A stretch of 64,000 bases of DNA from an uncultured Neglectibacter sp. (lineage in GTDB: Bacteria > Bacillota > Clostridia > Oscillospirales > Acutalibacteraceae). The notes under the pieces are model-generated. The model did no database searches. It saw nothing but the letters and a program-made list of their open reading frames with translations, and was not told where the DNA came from. This document shows positions 9,554 to 19,817 of this stretch, piece after piece. Both the position numbers and the translations under genes were made by a program. The stretch covers positions 12,158 to 76,157 of the forward strand of contig CAMNSA010000011.1 in the NCBI GenBank assembly GCA_946554335.1, given 5' to 3'. Within the stretch, counting starts at the first letter, position 1, and every line of letters starts with the position of its first letter.

Positions 9554-12500
9554 TATTCACAGTACCTCATCAGCATACTCGCCGCCTCGGCGCGGTTGGA
9601 TCTCCCTTTGGGATCGAGGGTCTGGTTGCCCTTGCCGGTGACAATACCGTTATCTACTGCCCAACACAGGGCGGAGCGGGCAAAGCCGCTCACCTTCTCC
9701 TTGTCCCGGAAGGCGTTCAGTTCTCCATCTGTCAGAGGGCTTCCGGCATATCGGTACAGGATCGCCGCCAGCTCCTGCCGGGTGATCAGATCGTTGGGCG
9801 CAAAGCGTGTGGCGGATTTGCCGTTTACAATACCATGCTCTGCCGCCCAGCGGACCGCTTCATAGCAGTAGCTTCCCGCCTTTACATCGGTAAAGGCTAT
9901 GGGGGCTATGCTTTCCGGCTTTTCCTCCAAGCGCCACAGGATCGTCACGATCATGCCTCTGGTAGTGGCAGCCTTGAGGGAAAAGACCGTCTCTGCAGTG
10001 CCGCTCATCAAGCCGTTTTCATAGGCCCAGCTCACCGCCTCATAGTACCAGGCTCCTTCCTTCACATCCGTAAAGGGCAGCTCCGCAGGAGGTTGGGGGT
10101 CCGGTCCGGGGGCGGGCCCTGGGCCAGGACCGGGACCTGGATCTGGCTGAGAGGTGGGAGTGGGAGTGGGAGTATGTGTAGGCGTTGGGGTAGGTGTCGG
10201 AGACGGTGTTGGTGTTGGCGTAGGTGTGGGAGTAGGTGTCGGGGTAGGAGTAGGTGTAGGAGTCACAGTAGGTGTGGGCGTTGGCGAGGGATCCAGCTTC
10301 GGAATGGTTTCCCGCTCCAGAATTATCTTGCAGTCCTTACACCGTTTTACCCTCTCTCCTTCTCTTGTCGCGGTGGGTGTGGTCCACAGCTCCCAATCTC
10401 CCGCAATGTGCTCCCTGGTAGGAATGGCTTTCGTTTCCTTCGCCTGACACCGGAAGCAGGAACGGATCTCTTCTCCCTCTTTGGTACAGGTGGGTAATCT
10501 CGTTTGATTCCAGACAGTCCAGTCGTGGCCCAAGGCAGGGATGGTCTCCTGTTCCTTGAGAATCGTATGACACACGGAGCACTGGAACCCTTCCGTTAAG
10601 CCCGTCTTGGTACAAGCAGCCGCCACCGCCGGAAGCTTTACCTCCACATGAACATGCATGGGAAGCTCTCTCGTCTCATACCCTCCACAGCGGGAGCACT
10701 CTCTCCGCTCTTCGCCTTTTTCCGTGGTGGTGGGCGCTTTCGATTGCCTCCAATTTCCCCACACATGACCCTGCAAGGGTGTGGGATTCGTCTGATAGCT
10801 GTCCCCGCAGCGGGTACAGGTATGGGTAGTATAACCACTCTCTGTGCAGATGGGCGGAGTCACCACCGTATGGTAGTCGTGACCCAGCTTTTCTTCCAGC
10901 ACCTCTTTACACACCGTACAGATTTTGTCGTGGGTACAATCCGCCGCTGTTCTGTCTGGTTTGTGGCCCATTTTTGGAATCGCTATTTCCTGTAGGGTCA
11001 TTTCCGTGACTGCCTGTTCCTCCGCATAGTATTTCCCGCACTGAGAACAGTGCCAGTGTTCTCTGATTCCGTCTTCCGTGCAGGAAGCGGGAAACTCTGA
11101 GTTGTGGGTCAGGCTGTGACTTACCCTAACTGTTCTGACTTCTTCTGCCGTATTCCCCGCATGGTCTGTGACAGAATAGGTCACCGTGTAGGTTCCGGGT
11201 GTCTTTTCCCGCACAGTGGAAGTGACAGCCAGCTTCTCCTGAATCTTTCCGTCCTGGTCGTCTGTCACTACCGCGCCTTTCTCTTCATAAGCTTCTTCGC
11301 AGCTCAGATTAATATGGTCCTTGCCGTTCAGAGTGATGACCGGCGCTTCCTTGTCGATCCAGGTGACAGCAGCCGCCACAGTGCCTTTTGTTCCCACTGC
11401 ATTCTGAAGCTCAAACTCAAAGCTGCCGTTTCCTGTGAATACATGGGTATTGCTGCCACCGTTATTGAGGATGACAGTTCCGGCGGGAACGGCAAGAGTA
11501 GCTGTCACATCCTGATTGGTAGGGCCGGTAATATCATAGCTGACCGTCCCTGTGGGCAGGGACTTGTCAATAATGCTCACCGTGGCGGTAACAGTCCCTT
11601 TGTTGCCGCTTTCGTCCTCAAATTCAAAGGTGAAGCTGCCGTTCTCTGTGAAGGTATGGCTCAAACTGCCGCTTTCCATATTTGTCACCGTAACCGGCTC
11701 CGAAGGCGTGATAGTCGCCACCACATCTCCGCTGGTGGGCTGGGTGGTGGAATAGCTCACCGTGGCAGTGGGAGCGATGGTATCCTGCACGATGACCTCC
11801 CGTTCCACTGTAGTTTTATTGCCCGCATGATCTGTGGCGGTGTAGGTCACTATATAGGTCCCGGCCTTTTCAGTGTTCACCTCGGAAGAATCTATGGCAA
11901 GCTTTCCTTCCAGTTTTCCCGCAATAATGTCCGGGTCTAAATTGTCTGTGACCTCCGCCCCTGGATCACTGTATTTCTCCCCGCGCTCTATCACCTGTGG
12001 AGAAGCTCCTTTCAGGGTGAGCTCAGGGGGATGGGTATCAATGTAGAAAGGCTTGGAGGTTACAGCTTTTGACAGTCTGCCTTTCCAGCTGATCGCGCCG
12101 TCCAAAAAGACAAGCTGTCCCATTCCGTCCTCAAAACTTGGAGAAGAAAGCGAGTAGTGGGTAATATAGAAGTTATAGGGTGTTGGATTAAGGTTTGCCG
12201 TATATACTCCAAATTTTTCCAAGGTGCCTGTAAAATAAATCAAATCGCGGTTAATCTTCAGCTCTGAAACCGGGACCAGATCACCCCCGGGTCCGGCCGT
12301 AATTGCTGACCGAAAAATGGTTCGAAGATAGCTTTCATCTTTTAATAAGTTTGCTAGCCCTACAGAGGTTTTTTGTAATTGCGAAAGAGTGACAACAGGC
12401 GCGGGATCAGTAAACCCCTTGCGAAAACCGGTATCTATAGTGGCTTTGTCATGATCCATCTTCTGAACGGTCAGATATGCATCGGTTGACGCCCCGGAAT

Positions 12501-13842
12501 ACAGGCTGCTGCCATATGTGCCAAAGGACTTGATCGTTCCATGCGCAGTAGTTTCCGGCGTGTAAAGATCCTCTGCGCTATAGAGGCTGGGATGCGTTGT
12601 ATCCTGCGGGTCCCGCACTTTTCCGCTTTTCTATACCGGCATGATGTACCGGTATTCCCGCTGGTATAAGCTATACACTCCTGAAGACACAGCTCGTTCC
12701 GTATCGCAGTGCCAGATGACTACGCCGGGGTGGCCATACATTTTTGTCCTATACTCAGCCCCAGATCCACTTTCTACAGTTTCTCCCTGAGTGGCGCTGC
12801 GGTATTCTGCCACAAAGAACTCCGTAAAAGGAAACAGCGTGGAATCCGGGATCAGAACCACCGCTTTCGGTGTCTCCGTATCCGTGTAATTTTCCACGGC
12901 GCCAAGCTCGATATGGTTGGATAAGGCGTCTTCCTTTGTCAGAATGATTGGGTCAATCCAGCCCAGCAGGATTTTTTGATATGCATTCAGATATAAATCA
13001 CCCGAAGGACTGCTCATAACATCTGCTAAACTCACATCGATCCAAGGCTACTTACGATGATCACTATATCCATAGTGATCTGGAAGCCCCATCATATGCA
13101 GAATTTCATGGACAATTGTACTCGTGACTTTTGAAAAAACCGCAGAGAATGCCCAAAATCCATCCACCATTACCGCGCTCAAGGAAACGATGCCGCGTCG
13201 CGTAAATGTGCCCGTCCAACCGCCTGATCCGCCATTATATGGTGGACTTATTGGCTCATAATAGAATTCAACTAAAAAACCATCAACCCATCCGTCTTTG
13301 TCGCTGTCGTAGTCTGTCGGAACCAGATCTCCTGTAGAGATGCAGTGTTCCAACGCTGATTTCATCAGTTCTCTCACCATGCTCTCTGTTGAATAGTAGG
13401 AGCCGGGATTTTCAGCGTGATAGACGAAGGTATCCGCAGTCAGATCCAGTCTGCCGTAGGACAATGCCTGGAAAGCTGCATGCACGGATTGGGTAAAGGG
13501 TCCTTCCACACTTGCCTTATCAACATCCAGTTCAGCGTTATATTTCTTTTCCAATGCTCGATACAGTTCTTCATCATTTTCACGATGGTCTGAAAAATCA
13601 ATTGCTAAGACCGGGATTTTGATTTTACCAGTTGAAGGCATGGGTCTAACTAAAACTTCAGAAAAAATGGAAATCTGTGAAACTCGATATCCGCCTCCGC
13701 TTGTTTTTTCCGCTCCAAATTCTGTTTTTATTTCTTCCGGTTCACTGCTTTGCAAAGCAAAAGCTCTGTATTCACTTTGCAGTGATACAAAGAAAAATAT
13801 GGTCAAAAGGAAGGCCACTGCTCTTTTTTTCATGGAATCCAC
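9553..13842 (-). pseudogene. Secreted M6-family (immune inhibitor A-like) metalloprotease with Ig-like/DUF5011-like repeats, Cys/His-rich repeats, Pro-Thr linker and C-terminal SLH domains; one frame interrupted by two TAG codons (pseudogene or read-through)
   Basis: ORFs 13048..13842, 12631..13035 and 9553..12618 are all in one frame, with internal stops TAG at 13048-13050 and 12631-12633. Signal peptide MKKRAVAFLL; HEILHMMGLPD zinc motif; DVMS and LLGWIDP after stop 1; SLH motifs (FTDV...[18 protein letters not shown]). Confidence 0.85.
10151..10290 (-). repeat. Pro-Thr dipeptide repeat linker (followed by Pro-Gly repeats) within the SLH protein
   Basis: Translation [18 protein letters not shown]...; degenerate 6-bp codon repeats. 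Confidence 0.9.
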
Positions 13843-13933
13843 ATTCCTTCCCTGAAATACGTGTTATTGTAATTTTCGAAAGAGCTAAAGCAACCAGGGC
13901 GGTACATATTTGCACCGCCCGCTGCCTTAAAAA

Positions 13934-14512
13934 TTACTGGTTCTTGAGATACAGGGTCATGACCTGTTCCTTCACTGTTCCGTCTTCATAGAGACGCTCT
14001 ACTCGATATTTGTGCGCAGTATATCCGGGGATACCCTTTGCCTGTTTTGCCGCCGCTCTTCTCATGCCGCTTCCGCTGTCATTGAGCTGTGTCATGGAAA
14101 GAATCTGACTGTCCGGCTCATCTACAAACACGAATACCATCGGCTGGATATCGTCCGGGTTTTCCAGATATACGGGCAAATTGAACATACCCTCCACCAC
14201 ATAGAAATCGCTGATTTCCGCATCAATGGTATCCAAATCCCAAACGGCAGGGATATCTTCCAGCTCATCATTACTGAGGAGCGCCGGGATCGTCGCGGGA
14301 AGATAGTCCAGCGGATCTTCCCCCACCATCATATAGATATCCTCTTCCGGTACATAGGCTTCCACAATGGTGTATTTTGCTGTGCGCACAGCCAGTGTCA
14401 CAGGAAGGCTGCTGGGATTCTTTACATTGGAGCCCACCAGAAGCCTCCCGCGCAGAGTATAAGCGCCCACTGTCATGGGGTCGTAATTCGGATTTTCCTC
14501 CTGCCGCAGCAA
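13934..14512 (-). pseudogene. Probable 5'-truncated surface-protein fragment with Ig-like (Big_4-like) repeat
   Basis: LPATIPALLSNDELEDIPAVWDLDTIDAE...YVVEG resembles Big_4. No RBS or signal peptide; the frame closes ~10 codons upstream at a TAG and then a TAA. Confidence 0.55.
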
Positions 14513-14742
14513 GAAGGCGATGGGGACTGTGACTTCTGTCTAAAATGTTTTTTCGAAGTTTAGGCCCTTTGATTACGACTTTAAGAGCATCTTACTACTG
14601 GATAGTATTATATGAGAACTAGCAAGGAAATTCAATATTTTTGGAATAAATTCGTCAAAAATTGAGGGCTGTTAGTCGCTTAAAAAAGCCGCGCGTTTCG
14701 CGGCGAAGGGGGATAGGGACGCCCCTTCTGGTAAGAGACCGG

Positions 14743-15288
14743 TCACCGCAGCGCTTCGTAAAAGGAGTAGTCCACAAGGCCGCTCATTTTGTGAAGCGCG
14801 CCGCTTTTCAGCTCTTTGACCATCAGGCAGTCGGGGTTTGGAAGCTTCAGGTTCGGCCCGGCTTCGATCCCGAAGAGATAGCTGGGCTGAAACCCTCTGG
14901 CTTGATAATTTTTCGGGTCGCCCTCCACTAAAACAGCCTCAAAGCCCATCTCTTCCGCCCGCTGGAAGCCATGCTCCAACAGGTCCTTGGAGATATGTCT
15001 GCGCTGCAAAGAAGTCTTTACCGCCACCGGCGTGAGGATCAATAGGCTATCTTCATATCTGCCCTCAATGTGAAAGCGGGAAAACATAGCGTACCCGATC
15101 ACCTCGTCTCCGCTTACCATCACAAGGTCCAGCTGGGGAAGATAATACTTCTTCCTCCGGATCTCGCTAACCAGCCGTCTTACCAGCTTTCCTTCTTTTT
15201 GGTCCGCCCATTTTGTGAAAACATCCTCCACCAGCTCCAGGGAGGGGAGCAGGTATTTTCCCTCCATCGCCTTGACTGTTCTCTCCAT
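14743..15288 (-). CDS. GNAT family N-acetyltransferase (YhbS-like)
   Basis: LTPVAV...QRRHISKDL...VLVEGDPKNYQARGF; start approximate. Confidence 0.85.
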   Translation of the reverse strand: MERTVKAMEGKYLLPSLELVEDVFTKWADQKEGKLVRRLVSEIRRKKYYLPQLDLVMVSGDEVIGYAMFSRFHIEGRYEDSLLILTPVAVKTSLQRRHISKDLLEHGFQRAEEMGFEAVLVEGDPKNYQARGFQPSYLFGIEAGPNLKLPNPDCLMVKELKSGALHKMSGLVDYSFYEALR

Positions 15289-15560
15289 TCTCTTTTCCGC
15301 CCTTCTTCCGTTTGCCTTATAGCTTATTATAGGTCGAAAGAAATTGAAACACAATATTGCGGGGCGGGTCCCGGGAAAATATCCGGGGCAGGTGGATTTT
15401 TTTCACTTTCTGTGTTATACTGGCCCTAAAGGTAGGAAAACACTGCCGCCAAGCAGAAAACAGGCGGACTTTTGGAGTGGCCTCCCAAAACCGGGAGCGG
15501 ACTTTTGCAAGGCTGGTTTTGAAATTTCGCCGGAAATATGAGAAAAGGAAGGAGTTTCTT

Positions 15561-16418
15561 ATGGCAAAGGTTTATTTCACCAAGGAGATCACGCCCCAGG
15601 CGATGGTCCGGATGTACGAGGCGCTGGGGATCACACTGGAAGGGAAAGTGGCTGTCAAGGTCCATTCCGGCGAGGTGGGGAATCAGAACTTTTTGCGCCC
15701 GGACTTTATGAAGCCGGTGATCGACCTGGTAAAAGGCACCGTCGTGGAGTGCAACACCGCCTATGAAGGCAAGCGCAGCACCACAAAGGATCATTTGGAG
15801 ACCATGAAGCTGCACGGCTGGACCGAGATCGCTCCTGTGGATATTATGGACGCCCAGGGGGAGATAACGCTGCCGATCCAGGGCGGAAAACAGATCCACG
15901 AGAACTTCGTGGGCGCCAACCTGAAAAACTACGATTCCATGCTGGTGCTCTCCCACTTCAAGGGCCATCCCATGGGTGGCTTTGGCGGTGCGCTGAAGAA
16001 TATTTCCATCGGGATCGCCTCCGCTCACGGCAAGGCCTATATCCACGGAGCCGGCAAGCCGGAGAACCTGTGGACGGCAGATCACGACTCCTTCCTGGAG
16101 TCCATGGCGGACGCGGCCAAGTCCATTGTGGAGTATTTCGACGGGAAGATCGCCTTCGTCAATGTGATGAAGAATATATCTGTGGACTGCGACTGCTGTG
16201 CTGTGGCGGAGGATCCGGCTATCGCCGACATCGGGATCCTGGCTTCTCTGGATCCTGTGGCGCTGGATCAGGCCTGTCTGGATCTGGTCTATGCCTGTGA
16301 TGATCCGGGCAAGCCCCACCTGCTGGAGCGCATTGAGTCCCGCAACGGCGTGCATACCGTGGAAGCGGCAGAGGAGATCGGCGTAGGGGAGAGAAAGTAC
16401 GAGCTGATCGAGCTGTAA
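15561..16418 (+). CDS. DUF362 domain Fe-S protein
   Basis: VAVKVHSGE, SHFKGHPMGGFGGALKN, CDCC; AAGGAG RBS. Confidence 0.88.
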   Translation: MAKVYFTKEITPQAMVRMYEALGITLEGKVAVKVHSGEVGNQNFLRPDFMKPVIDLVKGTVVECNTAYEGKRSTTKDHLETMKLHGWTEIAPVDIMDAQGEITLPIQGGKQIHENFVGANLKNYDSMLVLSHFKGHPMGGFGGALKNISIGIASAHGKAYIHGAGKPENLWTADHDSFLESMADAAKSIVEYFDGKIAFVNVMKNISVDCDCCAVAEDPAIADIGILASLDPVALDQACLDLVYACDDPGKPHLLERIESRNGVHTVEAAEEIGVGERKYELIEL

Positions 16419-16436
16419 AAACACCAAAACCGTAAA

Positions 16437-16473
16437 GACTGCCTGAAGCGAATGTTTCAGGCAGTCTTTTTTG
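16437..16473 (+). terminator. Intrinsic terminator
   Basis: AGACTGCCTGAA-loop-TTCAGGCAGTCT followed by a T-run. Confidence 0.8.
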
Positions 16474-16536
16474 CAGACGAAAACGCGAGAATGAATTTTA
16501 CATCAAAAGAATTTTCAAAAAATCATTTAAATTATA

Positions 16537-16565
16537 TTGACATTCAAATGAATGTGATATATAAT
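16537..16565 (+). promoter_or_regulatory. Consensus sigma-A promoter
   Basis: TTGACA-17 bp-TATAAT upstream of the DUF1836 gene. Confidence 0.85.
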
Positions 16566-16594
16566 CATGTCAAAGTCAAGAGGAGGGAATCGGA

Positions 16595-17197
16595 ATGGAA
16601 CCGTATTTTAAGCAGGAAATATATTTCCCCGGGACTGTGGTGGAGCGCCAGGGGAAAAGCGCGAAGGAGTTTTTAGACGGACTTTTCTTTGCTACCCGGG
16701 GCCTGATGCTTTCTCAGGTCAGGGAGATTACCGCTCTGGAGACCTCTGTGATCCAGAATTGGGTGAACCGGGGCTGGGTGCAGAAGCCGGTGGAAAAACG
16801 CTACACCGCCAATCATCTGACCAGGATCCTGTTGATCAATATGCTCAGAGATGTGACGAAGCTGGAAACCATTGTGCAGCTTCTGACTTATCTCAACGGC
16901 AGCGCGAACTGCCGGGAGGACGACAGCATTTCGGAGTCACAGCTCTATCTCTATCTCTGCGATATTCTGGATGAGGCGGATTACGAGACCATCCTTTCCG
17001 GCAGGCTTGACAGGATGATCGAGGAGCGGGCGGCGGATTACCGGGAGCCCTTTCCGGGAGGCCGGGAAAAGGTGGTCAACGCCTTAAAGCTGATCTTGAC
17101 CTACTACGCCGCCTCCCGCATCAAGGTACGGGCGGACCGGCTTTTCAAAACGATCATCGGTGAGGAAGAGGCGCTGACGGAAAAACCCTTTGTATAG
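16595..17197 (+). CDS. DUF1836 domain protein (winged-helix-like)
   Basis: SVIQNWVNRGWVQKPVEKRYTANHLTRILLINML pattern; GGAGG RBS. Confidence 0.8.
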   Translation: MEPYFKQEIYFPGTVVERQGKSAKEFLDGLFFATRGLMLSQVREITALETSVIQNWVNRGWVQKPVEKRYTANHLTRILLINMLRDVTKLETIVQLLTYLNGSANCREDDSISESQLYLYLCDILDEADYETILSGRLDRMIEERAADYREPFPGGREKVVNALKLILTYYAASRIKVRADRLFKTIIGEEEALTEKPFV

Positions 17198-17248
17198 CGA
17201 TTTTCACATAGGACAGCTGTGTTTTTATGACTGAGAGGAGGAAGAACA

Positions 17249-17986
17249 ATGACAGAATGGTGGGAGGGCTTGTCCCTTTTGGGCCGCATTTTTACCTGTA
17301 TCGCTGTTCCTGCCACCGCGGTGATGATCTTACAGACCATCCTGGTGCTCTGCGGCATGGGCGGGGGCACAGACGGTGATCTGGACGGAGATCTCGACCC
17401 GGATACGGACTTTGACGCAGATTTTGATACAGACCTGGACACAGATTTTGACGGGGATCTTGACGCTGACCTGGATGTGGATTCGATGGATCCGGAGGCC
17501 CAGGAGGCGGGAGGGGACGCCCCGGAAGGCTCTTACAGCCTTCGGCTTTTCAGTATTCGCGGTATCGTGGCGTTTTTTTCCATCGGAGGCTGGGCAGGTC
17601 TGGCGGCGGAACGGGCGGGGATTCCCTTGCCCGGAACCATTACGCTGGCCGTGGCAGCCGGGGCGGCCGCTCTTTTTGCGGTAGCCTGGGTAATGAAGAA
17701 GGCGATGGAGCTTCAGGAGGACGGCACCATGGATCTGCGCTGCGCCTTGGGAAAAACCGGAAGCGTCTACCTTCCCATTCCCCCTAAGGGGCAGGGAAAG
17801 GGAAAGATCCAGCTGCTGCTTTCCGGAAGTCTGGTAGAGCTGGACGCCGTGAATACTGGGGAGAAAATGATCCCCACCGGCAGTGAAGTGATGGTATGTG
17901 CTCTTGTTGACGCCAATACGCTGGCGGTAGAATCTTTGTTTTCCCGGAAGGAGCGGGGAGGAGAGGAGGAGTCGGAAAACGCTTGA
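17249..17986 (+). CDS. NfeD-like membrane protein (flotillin partner)
   Basis: TM helices, acidic DxD repeat, C-terminal OB-fold (GKTGSVYLPIP..GKGKIQ); directly upstream of flotillin. Confidence 0.85.
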   Translation: MTEWWEGLSLLGRIFTCIAVPATAVMILQTILVLCGMGGGTDGDLDGDLDPDTDFDADFDTDLDTDFDGDLDADLDVDSMDPEAQEAGGDAPEGSYSLRLFSIRGIVAFFSIGGWAGLAAERAGIPLPGTITLAVAAGAAALFAVAWVMKKAMELQEDGTMDLRCALGKTGSVYLPIPPKGQGKGKIQLLLSGSLVELDAVNTGEKMIPTGSEVMVCALVDANTLAVESLFSRKERGGEEESENA

Positions 17987-18029
17987 CAGAAAAGAACAGA
18001 GGCTTCAAAAACAGAAAGGGGTATGATTT

Positions 18030-19445
18030 ATGGACCATGTTGAGATTGTGATTTTGATCACTGTAGCAGTACTTCTGCTCTTTACCACAGCAATCGTTGT
18101 TTTTTCCCGTTACCGGAAATGTCCCTCTGACAAGATCCTGGTGGTGTACGGCAAGATCGGCACCAACAAGGACGGTACGGCCCGCAGCGCGAAATGTATC
18201 CACGGCGGCGCGGCGTTTATCGTGCCGATTATTCAGTCTTACGCCTATCTGGATCTGACGCCGCTTTCCATCCAGGTGGATCTAAAAAACGCCCTTTCCA
18301 AGCAGAACATCCGCATTGATGTGCCTTCCCGCTTTACGGTGGGCATCTCCGTGGAAAACGGTGTGATGCAGAACGCGGCGGAGCGCCTGCTGGGGCTGAA
18401 GCTGCCCGAGATCCAGGAGCTGGCAAAGGATATTATTTTCGGTCAGCTGCGTCTGGTCATCGCCACGATGGATATCGAAGAGATCAACACCGACCGGGAT
18501 AAGTTCCTCACCGCAGTGTCCAATAATGTGGAGACAGAGCTGAAAAAGATCGGACTGAGACTCATCAATGTGAATGTGACCGATATTTCCGATGAGTCCG
18601 GGTATATCTCCGCGCTGGGTAAGGAAGCGGCTGCCAAGGCCATCAACGACGCGAAGATCTCCGTGGCGGAAGCCAATCGCTCCGGTGACATCGGTGAGGC
18701 CAACGCCAAGAGGGAACAGCGTATCCAGGTATCTCTGGCGGATTCGGAGGCCATCCGGGGTGAGAACGAAGCCAGGGCGCAGATCGCCGAGTCCAACGCC
18801 ACCTTAAACGAGAAAGAGGCTGAAGCTCTGCGCCGCTCCACCGCGGCGGAAAAGATCCAGGCCGCAAAGGCTTTGCAGGAGGCTTATGCTGCTGAGCAGG
18901 ACGCTGAAAAGGCCCGTTCCGCCCGTGACGAGGCCACATTGGAAGCGGATGTGATCGTGAAGGCGGAGATCGAAAAGCGTCAGAGAGAGCTTCAGGCTGA
19001 GGCCGAGGCGGAGCAGATCCGCCGTAAGGCTCAGGGTGAGGCGGACGCCATCTTCGCCAAAATGGAGGCTCAGGCCCGGGGTACTCAGGAGATCCTGATG
19101 AAGCAGGCCATCGGTTTCCAGAAGATCGTGGAGGCTGCCGGAGGCAAGGCGGAGGACGCCATGCGTCTGATGATCGCCGACAAGATCGAAGAGCTGGTCA
19201 AGACTCAGGTAGAGGCTGTGAAGAACCTGAAGATCGATAAGGTCACCGTCTGGGACGGCATGAACGGCAAGGACGGCGCTCCTGCCACAGCCAACTTCCT
19301 TTCCGGAATGATGAAGTCCATCCCTCCCATGAACGAGATGTTCGAGATGGCCGGGATGCAGCTTCCGGAATTCCTGGGAAAGAAAAAGGAAGAGGCAGCC
19401 GTTGCCCAGGGTGAAACTGACCTTCCTTCGGAACAGATGGAATAA
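18030..19445 (+). CDS. Flotillin family (SPFH) protein
   Basis: N-terminal TM, SPFH domain (GQLRLVIATMDIEEINTDRDKF), EA-rich coiled coil. Confidence 0.92.
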   Translation: MDHVEIVILITVAVLLLFTTAIVVFSRYRKCPSDKILVVYGKIGTNKDGTARSAKCIHGGAAFIVPIIQSYAYLDLTPLSIQVDLKNALSKQNIRIDVPSRFTVGISVENGVMQNAAERLLGLKLPEIQELAKDIIFGQLRLVIATMDIEEINTDRDKFLTAVSNNVETELKKIGLRLINVNVTDISDESGYISALGKEAAAKAINDAKISVAEANRSGDIGEANAKREQRIQVSLADSEAIRGENEARAQIAESNATLNEKEAEALRRSTAAEKIQAAKALQEAYAAEQDAEKARSARDEATLEADVIVKAEIEKRQRELQAEAEAEQIRRKAQGEADAIFAKMEAQARGTQEILMKQAIGFQKIVEAAGGKAEDAMRLMIADKIEELVKTQVEAVKNLKIDKVTVWDGMNGKDGAPATANFLSGMMKSIPPMNEMFEMAGMQLPEFLGKKKEEAAVAQGETDLPSEQME

Positions 19446-19817
19446 AGAGATTTTCAGAGGATAAAAGAGCTTTGTGCTTCTGAAAACAGCCTAAAAACGA
19501 TCTGCCCGCTGAAAGGATTTACCTTTCAGCGGGCAATGTTTTATAATATTCTCACGCTGTAACCCAACGCCCTGCGGGCTTTGGACAGCTGAGAGAATAT
19601 TGAAACATGATGGCGTTTCACTTCAGATGTGAAACGCCAAAGGACGAATCACTTCGTGATTCAAGCATGTTATAATATACGCAGAAAAGCTTGTTTCACA
19701 AGCTTATGAGACTAGCGTCTCTGCGGCCGCGCAATGGAATTATGGTATAATGGGTGTGCGGGTTCGAAAAACGAAAAAGGGAACGGTGTGAAATTCGGTT
19801 TGTGGAGGTGCTCTAAA

